Part shown: in pieces, positions 45,406 through 58,735 of the stretch | Layout of the letters: every line of letters starts with the position of its first letter | How positions within the stretch are numbered: the stretch's first letter is position 1 | Assembly (NCBI RefSeq): GCF_009914755.1 | Contig: NC_060925.1 | Strand: one strand, 5' to 3' | Origin: the human T2T-CHM13v2.0 reference genome, Homo sapiens | DNA length: 64,000 bases | Notes under the pieces: generated by a model | The model's input: the letters and a program-made list of their open reading frames with translations, nothing else | What the model was told of the DNA's origin: nothing | Databases searched by the model: none | Made by a program: the position numbers and the translations under genes

Positions 45406-47351
45406 ATTTTTTTTAGAAGTAGGGTTTTCTTACTCTTATTAGTTTGACAATTAAGAGTTACTTTGCACATGATCCATTATTAGAATCTTTAATCAGATAA
45501 GAATAAAAGAGACTTTCAATTATCTGAAATGTCCATGTTATTCAGACTCAGGAGCACAGAGGGTAGGAAAGCAGTAGATAAATTAGAATGAAGGAGATAC
45601 AAGATTTGGGCTGAAGACATGGCTCTTCCAGTTAGTTGAATGACTATTTCACAACTAATGTGATAAGAGATTGGAGAGCATCTGGAAATGTATACAACTC
45701 CATACGAACACAAACTAGTATTATTAAGTTTCCAGGGCTAGTAAATGTATGGTAATTAGTGGAATGCACTGTTGCACCCACATGGAGATTACACACTGGG
45801 TTGGGGGTGGGGAGAATCACTAAAAAAAAAAAAAAAAAAAAGCATGATAGCATCAAAATGGTCATTTTCCACAGCCAAAAACAAACAAACAAAAAAACAG
45901 AAAACCACTTGAACTACTGCTACATTTGCCTGTTTCTTTTAAAATACAAGGGGCTTGGGCAGCAACACACAGGAAAGCCTGGAGTAGTTGAGATGATTCT
46001 GGGTGAGTGTCCTCATTAAGGGAAAGACTTATGTTGCAGATAGGACTAAGCATCCAATAATGAACCAAACTGGGGTTTTGGTCTTTCCTTCTAGAAAACA
46101 CACTGAGAAACTCTTGCCTATATTTGTAACTTTTATATTAAGTGTGTTCAATTATTTTCACTTCACACTGGACTTAAAAATTTCCTCACTCTCATGCCCG
46201 CGAGCAGCCTGGCTGGCAGCAGGGAAACCTCAGGGGCTGTGTGGATGGCCCTCAGTGTGGCGCAGGGGTGAGGACTGGCCAGCATCTTCCAGGCAGGCAG
46301 GACAGTCCTCCACTTCATGTAAACAGTTTCCTCTTGAAGACTCCTAACAGTGATAATGCTGTCCTTTTGCCTGTCTCATATATGACAGCACTATTTTTTT
46401 AGAGTGTGAAACATTTGATGACATCTTGAAGGATTTCAAAAAGGCTGGCTAGCACAACTGAAGTATAAAATAACCATAATTTAGTTTAATACATCCTTGA
46501 GAAAAAATGGTAATGAGATATTCCCTACAAAAACTGCATTTATTCTGTATAGTCTATCCTTGTGTGGGATAAAGTTCTGAATGTACACACTCAAGCCCTC
46601 CAAAGATGGTCATATCATTCAGATCATTCCTCAAGAAACTTAACAGCAGAAAGTTTAAAATTTTCAGAAAATTTTAAATTTATTTGAACGTTTTAGTTCA
46701 AGTTTATAAAAGTTGGTTTATATTCTACTCCTAGAAATGCAGCAGGCATGGTAGCTATACCGATTCAATGGGAGCATACTGAAAACAATGTAGAACGCTC
46801 GATGAAATATTCTAAAAAGCAGTAAGATGCTGGCAAGATAGGAAGGCATTGTCAGGCCAGAATGTGAGTGAAGAAGGACTCCTGACAAATAAGCAGAATA
46901 GCTGAACTGCTGGTCTGCTGGAGTCTCTGTCCTCCTCTGCTCTGTGGGACTTGGGGGACAAAAGAGCAAGCCCACTGTCTCCCCAGCAGGATGGGGTCTA
47001 GTAGGAAATCCTTCCTTTCGTTCAACTTATTTGGAATGGTAAGTAAGACATGATTGCCGGTAACAGAAGGAAACAGATTACATGCAAGAGTCCCAGAGAG
47101 CTGACAAGCAGTTGCAGAGTGGAAGCTGAAAGAAAGCCAGTGGAATGACATCTTCCATGTTCTGAGGAAAACAAACTCCTCCTCTAGAATTCTACATCCC
47201 AAAAGACATCTTTCAAGAATAAGATTGAAGAGCTGAAGGGTGCAGGGCTTCTGATGATGATGAAAATCTTCTGAAATTGACTGTAGTCATGGTTGCACAT
47301 ATATTAAAATATATTGAAAACCACTGAAGTATACACTTTAAATGGATAAAT

Positions 47352-48470
47352 CCCTCTCCCTCTCCCCACAGTCTCCCTCTCCCTCTCTTTCCACCGTCTC
47401 CCTCTCCCTTTCCCACGGTCTCCCTCTCCCTCTCCACGGTCTCCCTCTCCCTCTCTTTCCACGGTCTCCCTCTGATGCTGAGCCGAAGCTGGACTGTACT
47501 GCTGCCATCTCGGCTCACTGCAACCTCCCTGCCTGATTCTCCTGCCTCAGCCTGCCGAGTGCCTGCGATTGCAGGGGTGCACCGCCACGCCTGACGGGTT
47601 TTCGTATTTTTTTGGTGGAGACGGGGTTTCACTGTGTTGGCCGGGCTGGTCTCCAGCTCCTAACCGCGAGTGATCCGCCAGCCTCGGCCTCCCGGAGGTG
47701 CAGGGATTGCAGACGGAGTCTCGTTCACTCAGTGGTCAATGGTGCCCAGGCTGGAGTGCAGTGGCGTGATCTCGGCTGGCTACAACCTCCACCTCCCAGC
47801 CGCCTGCCTTGGCCTCCCAAAGAGCCGAGATTGCAGCCTCTGCCCCGCCGCCCCGTCTGGGAGGTGAGGAGCATCTCCGCCCGGCAGCCGCCCCCTCCAA
47901 GAGGTGGGGGACACCCCCACCCGGCCAGCCGCCCTGTCCGGGAGGTGTACGCAGCAGGTCATTGAGAACGGGCCATGATGACGATGGCGGTTTTGTCGAG
48001 TGGAAGGGGGGAAGTGTGGGGAAAGGAAAGAGAAATCAGATTGTTGCTGTGTCTGTGTAGAAAGTAGACATGGGAGACTCCAGTTTGTTCTGTACTAAGA
48101 AAAATTCTTCTGCCTTGGGATCCTGTTGATCTGTGACCTTACCCCCAACCCTGTGCTCTCTGAAACATGTGCTGTGTCAACTCAGGGTTAAATGGATTAA
48201 GGGCGGTGCAAGATGTGCTTTGTTAAACAGATGCTTGAAGGCAGCAGGCTCGTTAAGAGTCATCACCACTCCCTAATCTCAAGTACCCAGGGACACAAAC
48301 ACTGCGGAAGGCCGCAGGGTCCTCTGCCTAGGAAAACCAGAGACCTTTGTTCACCTGTTTATCTGCCGACCTTCCCTCCACTATTGTCCTATGACCCTGC
48401 CAAATCCCCCTCTCCGAGAAACACCCAAGAATGATCAATAAATACTAAAAAAAAAAAAAAATAAAAAAAA
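47352..48470 (+). mobile_element. SVA retrotransposon (older, B/C-like; subfamily tentative), all domains present, antisense to SMYD3
   Basis: CCCTCT-type head 47352-47472, antisense Alu-like domain, short GC-rich VNTR at about 47830-47948, SINE-R, AATAAA at 48437-48442 and A tail. TSD (t)aaatggataaat at 47339-47351 and 48471-48483, inserted at ttt/aaa within an L1M 3' end. Confidence 0.95.
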
Positions 48471-49542
48471 TAAATGGATAAATTGTAAGCTGTATAAACT
48501 GTCTCTCAATAAATCTCTTAAAAAGGATAAAGATGAAATAAAAATATCTTTAGACAAAGAAAAATTGAAAATTTGTCACCAGATCTTCACAAAAGGAATT
48601 TCTAACATTTTAGTTGAAAGGAAAATCATCCCAGATGGATGGTCTAAGATACAAGAAAAAATGGACAAAGAGAATGCTTAATATGGGCAAATCTATGAAT
48701 ACTGACAAAATAATTTTTGTGGGTTAAAATATGGTAAAAATTAAAATACACAACAATTATAGCATATGTATCAGTAGGAGAAACAGTAGTATTCAAGCGT
48801 TTTAAAGCCTCTCTACATCCACGAAGACCGTAAGAAAGTAACATACTTTCTTTACAATTCTTTAAACAGTTCATCTGTGACTTATATATCCTTCACAATA
48901 TGTGATTTATTTAATAATTTTAAAAGTCTTAATTAAGACTTTTTAATGTTCTGTTTAATGTAACTGATTTAATGTTCTGTTTTAATTTCTGAGTACAAAG
49001 CCAGTTTGCGGAGAGCAGTCAGGTTAATAGGTAATCTAGGGATTTAACGATCTCAAAGATTGAGTGTTACATCAGTAAGAAAGGAGCATTGTCGTTAAAA
49101 AAAACCCATACCTTTTCCTTGTTTGGAAAGAAAAGAGGAGAGTCATAAAAATTAAATATGAATAAAAAGCTGCACAATTTACTTTAAAATAGAAGATGAA
49201 ATATAGTTTGGCATCAATGAGCTTACCAAGCCGTATGTATCTGTATCTACAATGTTGTTTAACAACCCTATACTCATGTGATGTTGTTGACATAGATTTC
49301 AGTAGTGTTACTGGTACTTTATTGAAATCAATCACTACAGATGCCAAGTACTCAGAGCCCACAGACCTTGAAGAAGTCATAGGATGGGTTTCCATAGCAC
49401 AGGTGTTGGAAGGTGCCGTATTGTGGTGCTGGGAAGCAGAGATGTTCTCTTCTTTGAAGATTTTCAAAGAAAAAATATAGCCTGTTGTAGCAGAGCAGCT
49501 AGCACTGCTTAGATGCAGAATCATGAGAAAGTGAGGCGATAG

Positions 49543-49756
49543 CAGAGGCTGGTAAACTCCACCTCACAAGCCAAATCCCATGAGCAACATGCTTTTGTAA
49601 ATAAGGTTTCGTTGGGACACAGCCGTGTCTATTCATTTACATATTGTCCACAGCTGCTTTCAAGCTACAAGAGCAGAATTAAGTAGGAGGATGTATGGCT
49701 TGCAAAGCTGAAAATATTTACTACCTGGCTCTTCACAGAACAGTTGCTGACACTTG
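49543..49756. mobile_element. MER58A-like hAT-Charlie element
   Basis: Characteristic ttttgtaaataaggtttcgttgggacacagcc...gcaaagctgaaaatatttactacctggc. Confidence 0.8.
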
Positions 49757-51436
49757 CTCTACGACAAAGGAGTTACTAAAAATAAGAGGCCAGGAAGAGG
49801 ATCCCTTAAAAAAATGATCGTAATGGACAACCATGAATAGGTCTGGGAGGTGGGGCTGCCTAGTTGTCTGCATCACTAGTAAGAATAACGGTAATTACAG
49901 TAACAGCAGTTCATACAGTTAGTGCCTTTGCCTCATGTCAGGCACTGTCCTAAGGACTTTGAGTTGAATTTATTCTAAAAAAAAAATCTTATTCAAGCAG
50001 ACTCTGGTAATGATGGTGTAAAGTAATTAGTAGTTCTTGTCCATAGAAAATGAGTACAAAACTAGTCAAAATTGCCAAAGGCAACCACTTTAGGGCATCA
50101 GAAATTGATCTAAGGTAGACAAAAAATTGAGAAGTGTTTATTTTTTTAAAAATAACTATATTTTAAGGTAAGAAAATCAGGATTCTATGGTCTTCTTGCC
50201 TGAGGCTATTCCCATCTACCATTCACCCCCAAGTCAGCCTTAGAAGGAATGAGACCAACTCTCCGTATCACCTGGATAACTGGGAAATTGCATGTACACA
50301 AGGGAGACCCAAAAGAACCTCATCAAAAGTAAAAATCAGAGGAGATTTGAGGACCTTAAATGTATCTTCTCACACACAAGTGACCAGCAGAGTGGAAGCC
50401 TTATAGGCTCAAGGTATTTCCTAGAGGTCCCCCTGTGTCTTCTGCATAGCTTAATGGTCTGCCCACATCACAAAAAAGAAGAAAAAGAATAAGACACTAA
50501 GCAAAGACAATACTGATGAGCTCCACTGCGTACTCCACACTCTGCAGCTGAAGTCCAAGCAAGTTACAAAACAATACACCACAAAATGCTCACCAACTAC
50601 TCTCAGAACAAAACAGAATGCAGTTATAACACATTATTTAAAATGTTCAGTTCCCAAACCAAAACCACCAGATATACTGTCTCTACACCCTGCCCCCACC
50701 CCCCAAAGAAATAAAGACAGAGGGCAGGAAAATGATACAAAGTGTCAAAAGAAACAAACTATTAACCGAGATACCTATATCCGGAGAAACTACCATTTAA
50801 AAATGAAGGTGAATATAGTAAAGATGATGAGTCTCTTTAAATTGACTTAGTGAAACTGTAATAAAAATCCAAGCTTGATATTTGTAGATATAGACAAACT
50901 GTTTCCAAAATTTATATGGAAACACAAAGGAATTACAAGAGTCTAAGCAATTCTAAAAAATAATAAAATTGGAGGGCTCACACAATCCAATTTTCAGATT
51001 TACTAGAAAGCCACAGTAATCAAGACAGTGTGGCACTGGCAAAGAGATAGACACAAAATGAATGGAGCACAATAGAAATTCAAGAAATTGATTCACACAA
51101 ATGTAGCCAATTATTTTTTTTTTCCCAAAGGCATAAGAACAATTCAATGGAGTAAGGATGGCATTTTTAACCATCTTCAACAACACCTGTTATCTACCTT
51201 TTCTATTATATCCATCCCAGTGGGTGTGAAGTGCTATCTCACTGTGGTTTTGATTTGCATTTCCCTAATGGTTAATAATGTTGAACATCTTTTCATGTGT
51301 TTATCAGCCATTTGTATATCTTCTTTGGAAAATGTATAGTCTAGTCTAGGAAGAAAAACGAACTTCAACCTGAACTTCATAACTTATATATCAAGGTCAA
51401 TGATGAGGCCATGAACTCAAATAGATCATTGACCTA

Positions 51437-52009
<573 letters not shown>

Positions 52010-52190
52010 TCAATAAAACAAAGCCAAAAAGAAAAGGAAAAGAAAAAATGGTCAAGAGACTTGAATAGACATTTCTACAGAGACAATATATGAATGCCAA
52101 ATATGTACAGGAAAAAATGATCAACATAATTAGGTACCAGGAAAATGTTTTCCAATGAGCACCACCACGTACCCTTTACCACAGGTCAAC

Positions 52191-52427
52191 AGGCTAGTTC
52201 TCCATCCTCCCTCTAAACCAAATATATATGACTTCTCCCAGATTGTGGAAGTATATATGCATTTCCTATGCTTAATTAGATAATCAAATCCCTACTTAGA
52301 GCTCAAATTACTCAAATTACTCAAATTACAAGTTCCTTTAGTCTTGTTCCTAGAGGTGCCTCTGCAGCTATGAATCTTGTTTTATACTTATCAACTTATC
52401 AACTTGTAAGATTTTGACAGTTTTTGG
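52191..52427 (+). repeat. Dispersed direct repeat, copy 1 (partner at 54824-55043)
   Basis: aggctagttct...cctccctctaaaccaaatat...cttgtaagattttgacagtttttgg occurs twice. Confidence 0.93.
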
Positions 52428-54429
52428 CTAAAATCAAACAAACTATCAATACTATTCTTTTGTGTTTGTGAAGATGTGGAAGAACTGGAACCCTCATATA
52501 TTGTTAATAGGAATATAAAATGGTAAAGCACTTTGGAAAACATTTTGGCAATTACCTAAAAAGTTAAACAGAAGACTCGAGTGAGATGGTCAAAAGATCT
52601 GACTAGATATTTTTCCAAAGAAGATACACAAATGGCTCATAAACACCTGAAACGATGCTCAACATGATTAGCCATCAGGGAAACGTGACTCGAAGCCAGT
52701 GTAGTACCACCTCACACCCACTAGGATGGGGATAACCAAAAAGACAGATAATAACAAGTGTTGGTGAGCATGTGGAGAAATGAGAACCCTCATACCCTGC
52801 TGGTGGGAGTGTAAAATAGTACAGCCACTTTGGAAAATGATCTGTCAGTTCCTCAAAACATTAAACGACAGAGTTATCATATGACCTAGCAATTCTACCT
52901 CTAGGTGTGTTCCCATGAAAAATGAAAACACAAGTCCATGCAAAAACATGTATACGAATGTTTATAGCAGTGCTATTCATAATGGCCCAGAAATGGAAAC
53001 AATCCAAATGCCTATCATTTTATAAATAAACAAAGTTGATATCTCCGTATGGTGGAATATTATTCAGCCATGAAAAGGAATGAAGTGTTTATACATGCTA
53101 CAACATGGATGAACTTTAAAAACATTATGCTAAGTAAAAGAAGCCAGACACACAAGGCCACAAATTATATGATTCCATTTATGTGAAATGGTATATGACA
53201 AATCCCGAATAGGCAAATCCACAGAGACACAAACTAGATTAGTAGTTTCCATGGGATGTGGCCAAAGGGGGTTGGAGATGACTGCTAACAAGCATGAGGC
53301 TTTTTTTTTGCATGAGGCAATGTTCTGGAATTAAATTATGGTGATGGTTGTACAACCTTGTAAATATGCTAAAAAACCCACTGAAATGTACACTTTTAAA
53401 GTGGATTTTATGGTATGCAAGCGCTATCTCAATTTTTTTAAAGATTAAACATTATGCCCCTGAATTCCATTATTAGGAATCAATCTACTTATGAGAAATA
53501 AAAATATATGTCCATACAAGGTCTTATATGTGAATGTTTACAGCAGCATTACTCATCATAGCCAAAAAAGTGGAAATAACCCAAATAATCAACTGGGAGT
53601 AGATAAATATGATGTACTATATCCATACAATGTAAACTACTCAGCAATAAAAAGTAACAAAGTACTAATACATGTTACAACATGAATGAACCTTAGTAAC
53701 ATGCTGAGTGAAAGAAAGCAGTAAAGTAAGGCTACATATATGATTCCATTGATAGGAAATTTGTAGAAAAAGCTGAACTATGGAGACAGTAAGCAGAAAT
53801 GTGGTTACCTGGAGCTGGGTATGGGTATGAACTGACTGCAAACAGGCCTCAGGAAAACTTTGGAGATACTAGAAATATTCTAAAAATGGATTGTGAGAAT
53901 TTTTGCACAACCATAAAAACTTCTAAAACTCAGAACTGTACAACTTATAATGGTTGAATTTTATGATATGTAAATTATGCTTCAATAAAGCTGTTAAAAA
54001 TTAAACAACCTTATGAGACAGATACTATTATTGTTGCCATTTTAGCAATCAGGAAACTGAAGCATAGACAGATTAAGTAACTTGCTAGAAAATGGCAGAG
54101 CTATTATTTGATTCCAGGCAAAATGATTACGGAATTCTTAACCACTAAATCAAATCCAGTGTAATTTGCTAACTATAAAGTATAGTACTGGGAAAATTGA
54201 GAAAAATGCCACCTTCTTCCAAGAGTCAAAGAATGATCACACATTGAGGGCACTATTTATATACCTAACTCTCTGCAAGTAACCCCATTTCCATCCTCTC
54301 TTATTAGCACACCAATTTGCAAGGTAGTTGCTATTACATTAAAAATATACAATTTAAAACAGTTCAGCACATGTGTCTTATAATGGTCTCCTCCAAATTC
54401 CATAGCGACCATTAAAGAAAATATGTCTG

Positions 54430-54719
<290 letters not shown>

Positions 54720-54823
54720 TCAAAATTTTTTTTAAAAAAGAAACTATGTCTGATACCTACGCATTCAGAGCTTTCTTTGCTCAGGCACCCTCTCCTCTCA
54801 CAGTCTCTGAAGGCCAGGCAAAA

Positions 54824-55043
54824 AGGCTAGTTCTTTACCCTCCCTCTAAACCAAATATGTATCACTCCTTCTACATTGTGGAAGGGTATATGCATTTCCT
54901 ATGCTTAATTAGAGAATCAAATCCCTACTTAGAGGTCAAATTACTGTAGTTCCTTTAATCTTGTCTCCAGAGGAGCCCCTGCAGCCATGAATAATCTTAT
55001 TCCATTCATACTTATCAACTTGTAAGATTTTGACAGTTTTTGG
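54824..55043 (+). repeat. Dispersed direct repeat, copy 2
   Basis: Collinear with 52191-52427, with scattered substitutions and small indels. Confidence 0.93.
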
Positions 55044-56179
55044 TAAAGCACAAACACATAGCCATAAGTACTGCTCAAGCAGTATTTTTCAAAGGGAGGA
55101 AGAAAGGGAAAAAGATGAGGGAAGAGTAAACGTTCATGAAAAGAAAGATTTCTCCCCTTTGGGAATCTGTTTATTTTGCCATTGTCAAAGTGAGGCAGGA
55201 ATTCAAACACCTGACGGCATGGAAGTGGCAAAACCATGTGGGTTTGACTTGATGGTCCTGAGAAGCTGCTGGCAATGCTTTTTAAATTCTGCAAATATAA
55301 TTAATGGCTTGTTTGCTATTTTGGCAACTTAAAGCAGGGGCTATGACTGCCTGTGACAAAATCAGTAATTGAATGATTAAACTAGATACTCACAGTCAAA
55401 ACGGCATCTAACAATTTACCTCTAATACAACATTCCCAATTAATTTTTAAATACCTATTAAGATATAAAAAGATTTAAATATAAAAAAATTAAATTCAAC
55501 TTAAAACACTTTAAAACTAGGGCCAATGCCTGAGTCTAGAAAGAGACTACCTAATGCCAGAGTCTAGGAGTTCTTCTGAGCCACAATTTTGCTGAGGGCA
55601 ATGCATAGTGAAACGCTATGAGGGTAAGACTGCCTGGCTGAAAAGAGTGACAAGGACCCTTCACACTGTCAGAATCATGGATCAGAAATCAAGTCTGCAC
55701 CAAGCAAGAATCTGCACAACTGTCTGTGCACCATGTGGGGCTGGCTTCTACAGCAGACATACGCAGTCATTTTGGTCCCTCTCTCCTCAGCCAATATGTT
55801 TATTCCATATACAGACTTTAACTTCTGGGAAAATGCAGGGTAGAGAGTGGAGAGAAGTGGCAGGAATGGTGTCACATTGAATACGGGCATAAGCAGGTAT
55901 CATACATAACGTGATAAGAGAAGGCTGAGATATGAGGAGCCTTCACAGAAGTACATTCTACAGTATTCAGTTTTCAAGGTACTTTGTTTCATGTACCAGA
56001 AAAGCAAGCTAAGAGAAGATGCCATTTCAGTCAACCAGTTCCCAATAGATAAAAATACACTGGATTGTGAGAACCAGCTGTAGACTGAGCATATCCATCT
56101 GTTGTCCAGTTACAGATCTGATGAGGGAATCCAAAGAGCACTAAGCCAAGGGCAACTTGTGTACCATTTCCACCAGCAA

Positions 56180-56860
56180 ACATTAATGCTGAATGCTTTC
56201 ACACTAAAATGGGAGAAAAAGCAAGGATGGCTGTCATCCATACTCATATTGAACATAATAGTGGAAGTACTAGCCAGTGTAATAAGGCAAAAAAAAAATA
56301 ACAGGATATAGAATAGAAAGGAAAAAATAAGCTGCCCCTATTTACAGGTAACATGATTGCCTATGTAGAAAATCCCAAGGAATTTTCAAAAACATTTCTA
56401 GATCTAATAAGTGAATTAAGTAAAGCAGCAGGACAAACTCAACCCACGTAAATTAATTATATATCTACAGACTAGCAAGACATACATGAAAACCAAAATA
56501 AAAAACACAGTAACACAAAATTACTTAGGTATGAATGTAAAATTGAATACTTAGATACACACCTAAAAATACCATGTACAGTATCTGTATGCTAAAACAT
56601 ACGAAACACAGATGAAAGATCTAAATAAATAAAGAGCCACACTGTGTTCATGCATTGGAAGACTCAACACAGTGAAGTTGTCAATTCTCTCCAAATTGAT
56701 ATATAGGCCAAACAATTTCTATCAAAACCCCAGGAAGAGTTTTTGTAGCTATAGACAAGAGTATTGTAAAATTAGCATGCAAAGGCAAAGGAACTAGAGC
56801 AGCTAGCACAATTTTGGAAAAGGAGCAAAACTAGAGGATTGATGTGATCTGATTTCAAAT
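56180..56860 (+). mobile_element. Old L1M ORF2 fragment
   Basis: KKQGWLSSILILNIIVEVLASVIRQ (degenerate RT) and the downstream ttcatgcattggaagactcaa motif. Confidence 0.75.
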
Positions 56861-57037
56861 GTTTCTAGAGAAGTACACTACTGAAGACCAGAAGTAGCAA
56901 GCACTAGTTCTCATGCTAATTCTGCGATGTTCACTTACCACACTGCTGCCCTGTTTCCAGTTTTCCACTGTACTTTGGAAAAGCTAGTTTGGAAGTGTTG
57001 CAGGAGAGGTATCTAAGCATCTATGTATGGCAAATGG

Positions 57038-58011
57038 TTGTTCTAGTCATCTACTGCTGTGTAAGAAACCACCCCAAAATGTAGTGGTATAAAATAATAA
57101 CCATTTTCTTATGGTCACATATTCTGTGGGTCAGAAATTCACGAAGGATACAGCAGGGATATCTCCCCTCTGTTCTATTATATCTGGGCCTCAGCTAGGA
57201 TGACTTAAATGGCCAAGGGTGTCTCAAAACAGCTGCAGCTCAAAGATCTATTTCCAAGATGGCTTCTTCATTTTCACCTCTGGCACCTGAGCTCAAGTGA
57301 CCAAAAAATGAACTCAAGCAGGGACTATCAACAAGAGTACTTAAGTGGCCTCTCCTTTTAGGTTCTCAAAACATGGCAGCTTGGTTCTAAGAGGGAATGT
57401 CACAAGAATGACCTTTCTGGAAAGCCAAGTGTTGCCAAGGACCAAGGCAGAAGCTGCAGGGGTTCATCCACCCTAGCCTTGGAAGTCGCATTGATTCACT
57501 TCTGCTGCATTCTAGCAGTTACAAGAGCTTCATTTAGGGAAAACCAGATTCAAGGGGAGGGAATTTAGACTGAATTTTTTTTTTTTTTTTTTTTTTTGAG
57601 ATGGAGTCTTACTCTTGTTGCCCAGGCTGGAGTGTAGTGGCACAATTTTGGCTCACTGCAACCTCCGCCTCCCGGGTTCAAGGGATCCTCTGGCCTCAGT
57701 CTCCTGAGTAGCTGGGATTACAGGCATGTACCATCGTGCCCAGCTAATTGTTTTGGGTTTTAGTAAAGATGGGGTTTCACTATGTTGGCCAGGCTGACCT
57801 CAAGGTTGGATCGGGTGGATCACTTGAGGCTCAAACTCCTGACCTCAAGTGATCCACCCGCCTCGGCCTCCCAAAGTGCTGGAATTACAGGCATGAGCCA
57901 TTACGCCAGGCCAGACTCAATTTTTTGATGGGGAAATGGTAATGTTACATTACGGAGAATGTGGAGGAGGAGATATTGTAGTGGACATCTTTTGAAAATA
58001 CCAATTGTCAC
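57038..58011 (-). mobile_element. MLT1 (J/K-like) LTR interrupted by an Alu
   Basis: Antisense MLT1 terminus tgttctagtcatctactgctgtgtaagaaaccaccccaaaa and tccaagatggcttcttca motifs. Confidence 0.75.
57575..57912 (-). mobile_element. AluS with an internal inverted duplication
   Basis: Antisense Alu, TSD agact(g/c)aattttttt, extra segment at about 57797-57829. Confidence 0.93.
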
Positions 58012-58360
58012 AATGGTTACAGTAAAAAAATACAGGAGCATTTAAAAAAAATCCTCCACTAAAGTAATTTCCACTTTATCCAGGTATTATGTTATAACCT
58101 CAGAGGCTCTCTAAGTCCTTTCAATCAACAGACTAAGTTTTTATCACTCACATGGAAGGTTCTATTATACTTGCAGATGCAATACTGTGCCTTTCACATG
58201 CTGCCCGCTAGGTGCTCAAAAGGCCAAAGAAGCATTAATTTACACTCACTTGCCTACTCCCACCTTTTGGGTGGGTGATTCCTCACCATAAGGATCCCTT
58301 TGCCCAACCCCTCCCCATCCCCTTGGTGTTTTCTTTCAAGAGACAGGGCACCTCTCCCCC

Positions 58361-58735
58361 AGAGAGAGAGCGAGCGAGAGAGAGAGAGAGAGTGCGTGAG
58401 AGAGTGAGAAAGCGAGCAAGAGAGAGAGCAAGAGAGAGCGAGAGACAGGCAGACAAGGTCTTGCTCTGCCACCGGCTGCAGTGTAGTGCTGTGACTATAG
58501 CTCCCTGTAACCTCAAACTCCTTGGCTCAAGAGATCCTCCTGCCTCATCCTCCCAAGTAGCTAGGACTACAGGTGTATGCCACCATGCCTGGCTAATTTT
58601 ATTTTTTTTATTTTTTGTAGAGATGGAGTCTCCCTATATTGCCCAGGCTGGTCTCAAATTCCTGGCCTCAAGCAATCCTCCCATCTTGGTCTTCCAAAGT
58701 ACTGAGATTACAGGTGTGAGCCATGGTGCCCAGCC
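58361..58735 (-). mobile_element. AluJ-like element whose tail region is a (GA)n-rich repeat (58361-58445)
   Basis: Antisense Alu body at 58441-58735 preceded by GA/GC repeats. Confidence 0.85.

Noticed and set aside
49072-49524. Overlapping 150-aa (-) and 94-aa (+) ORFs in non-Alu sequence
   Set aside because: No recognisable domain, no similarity to SMYD3 and no convincing splice-site pair; probably chance.
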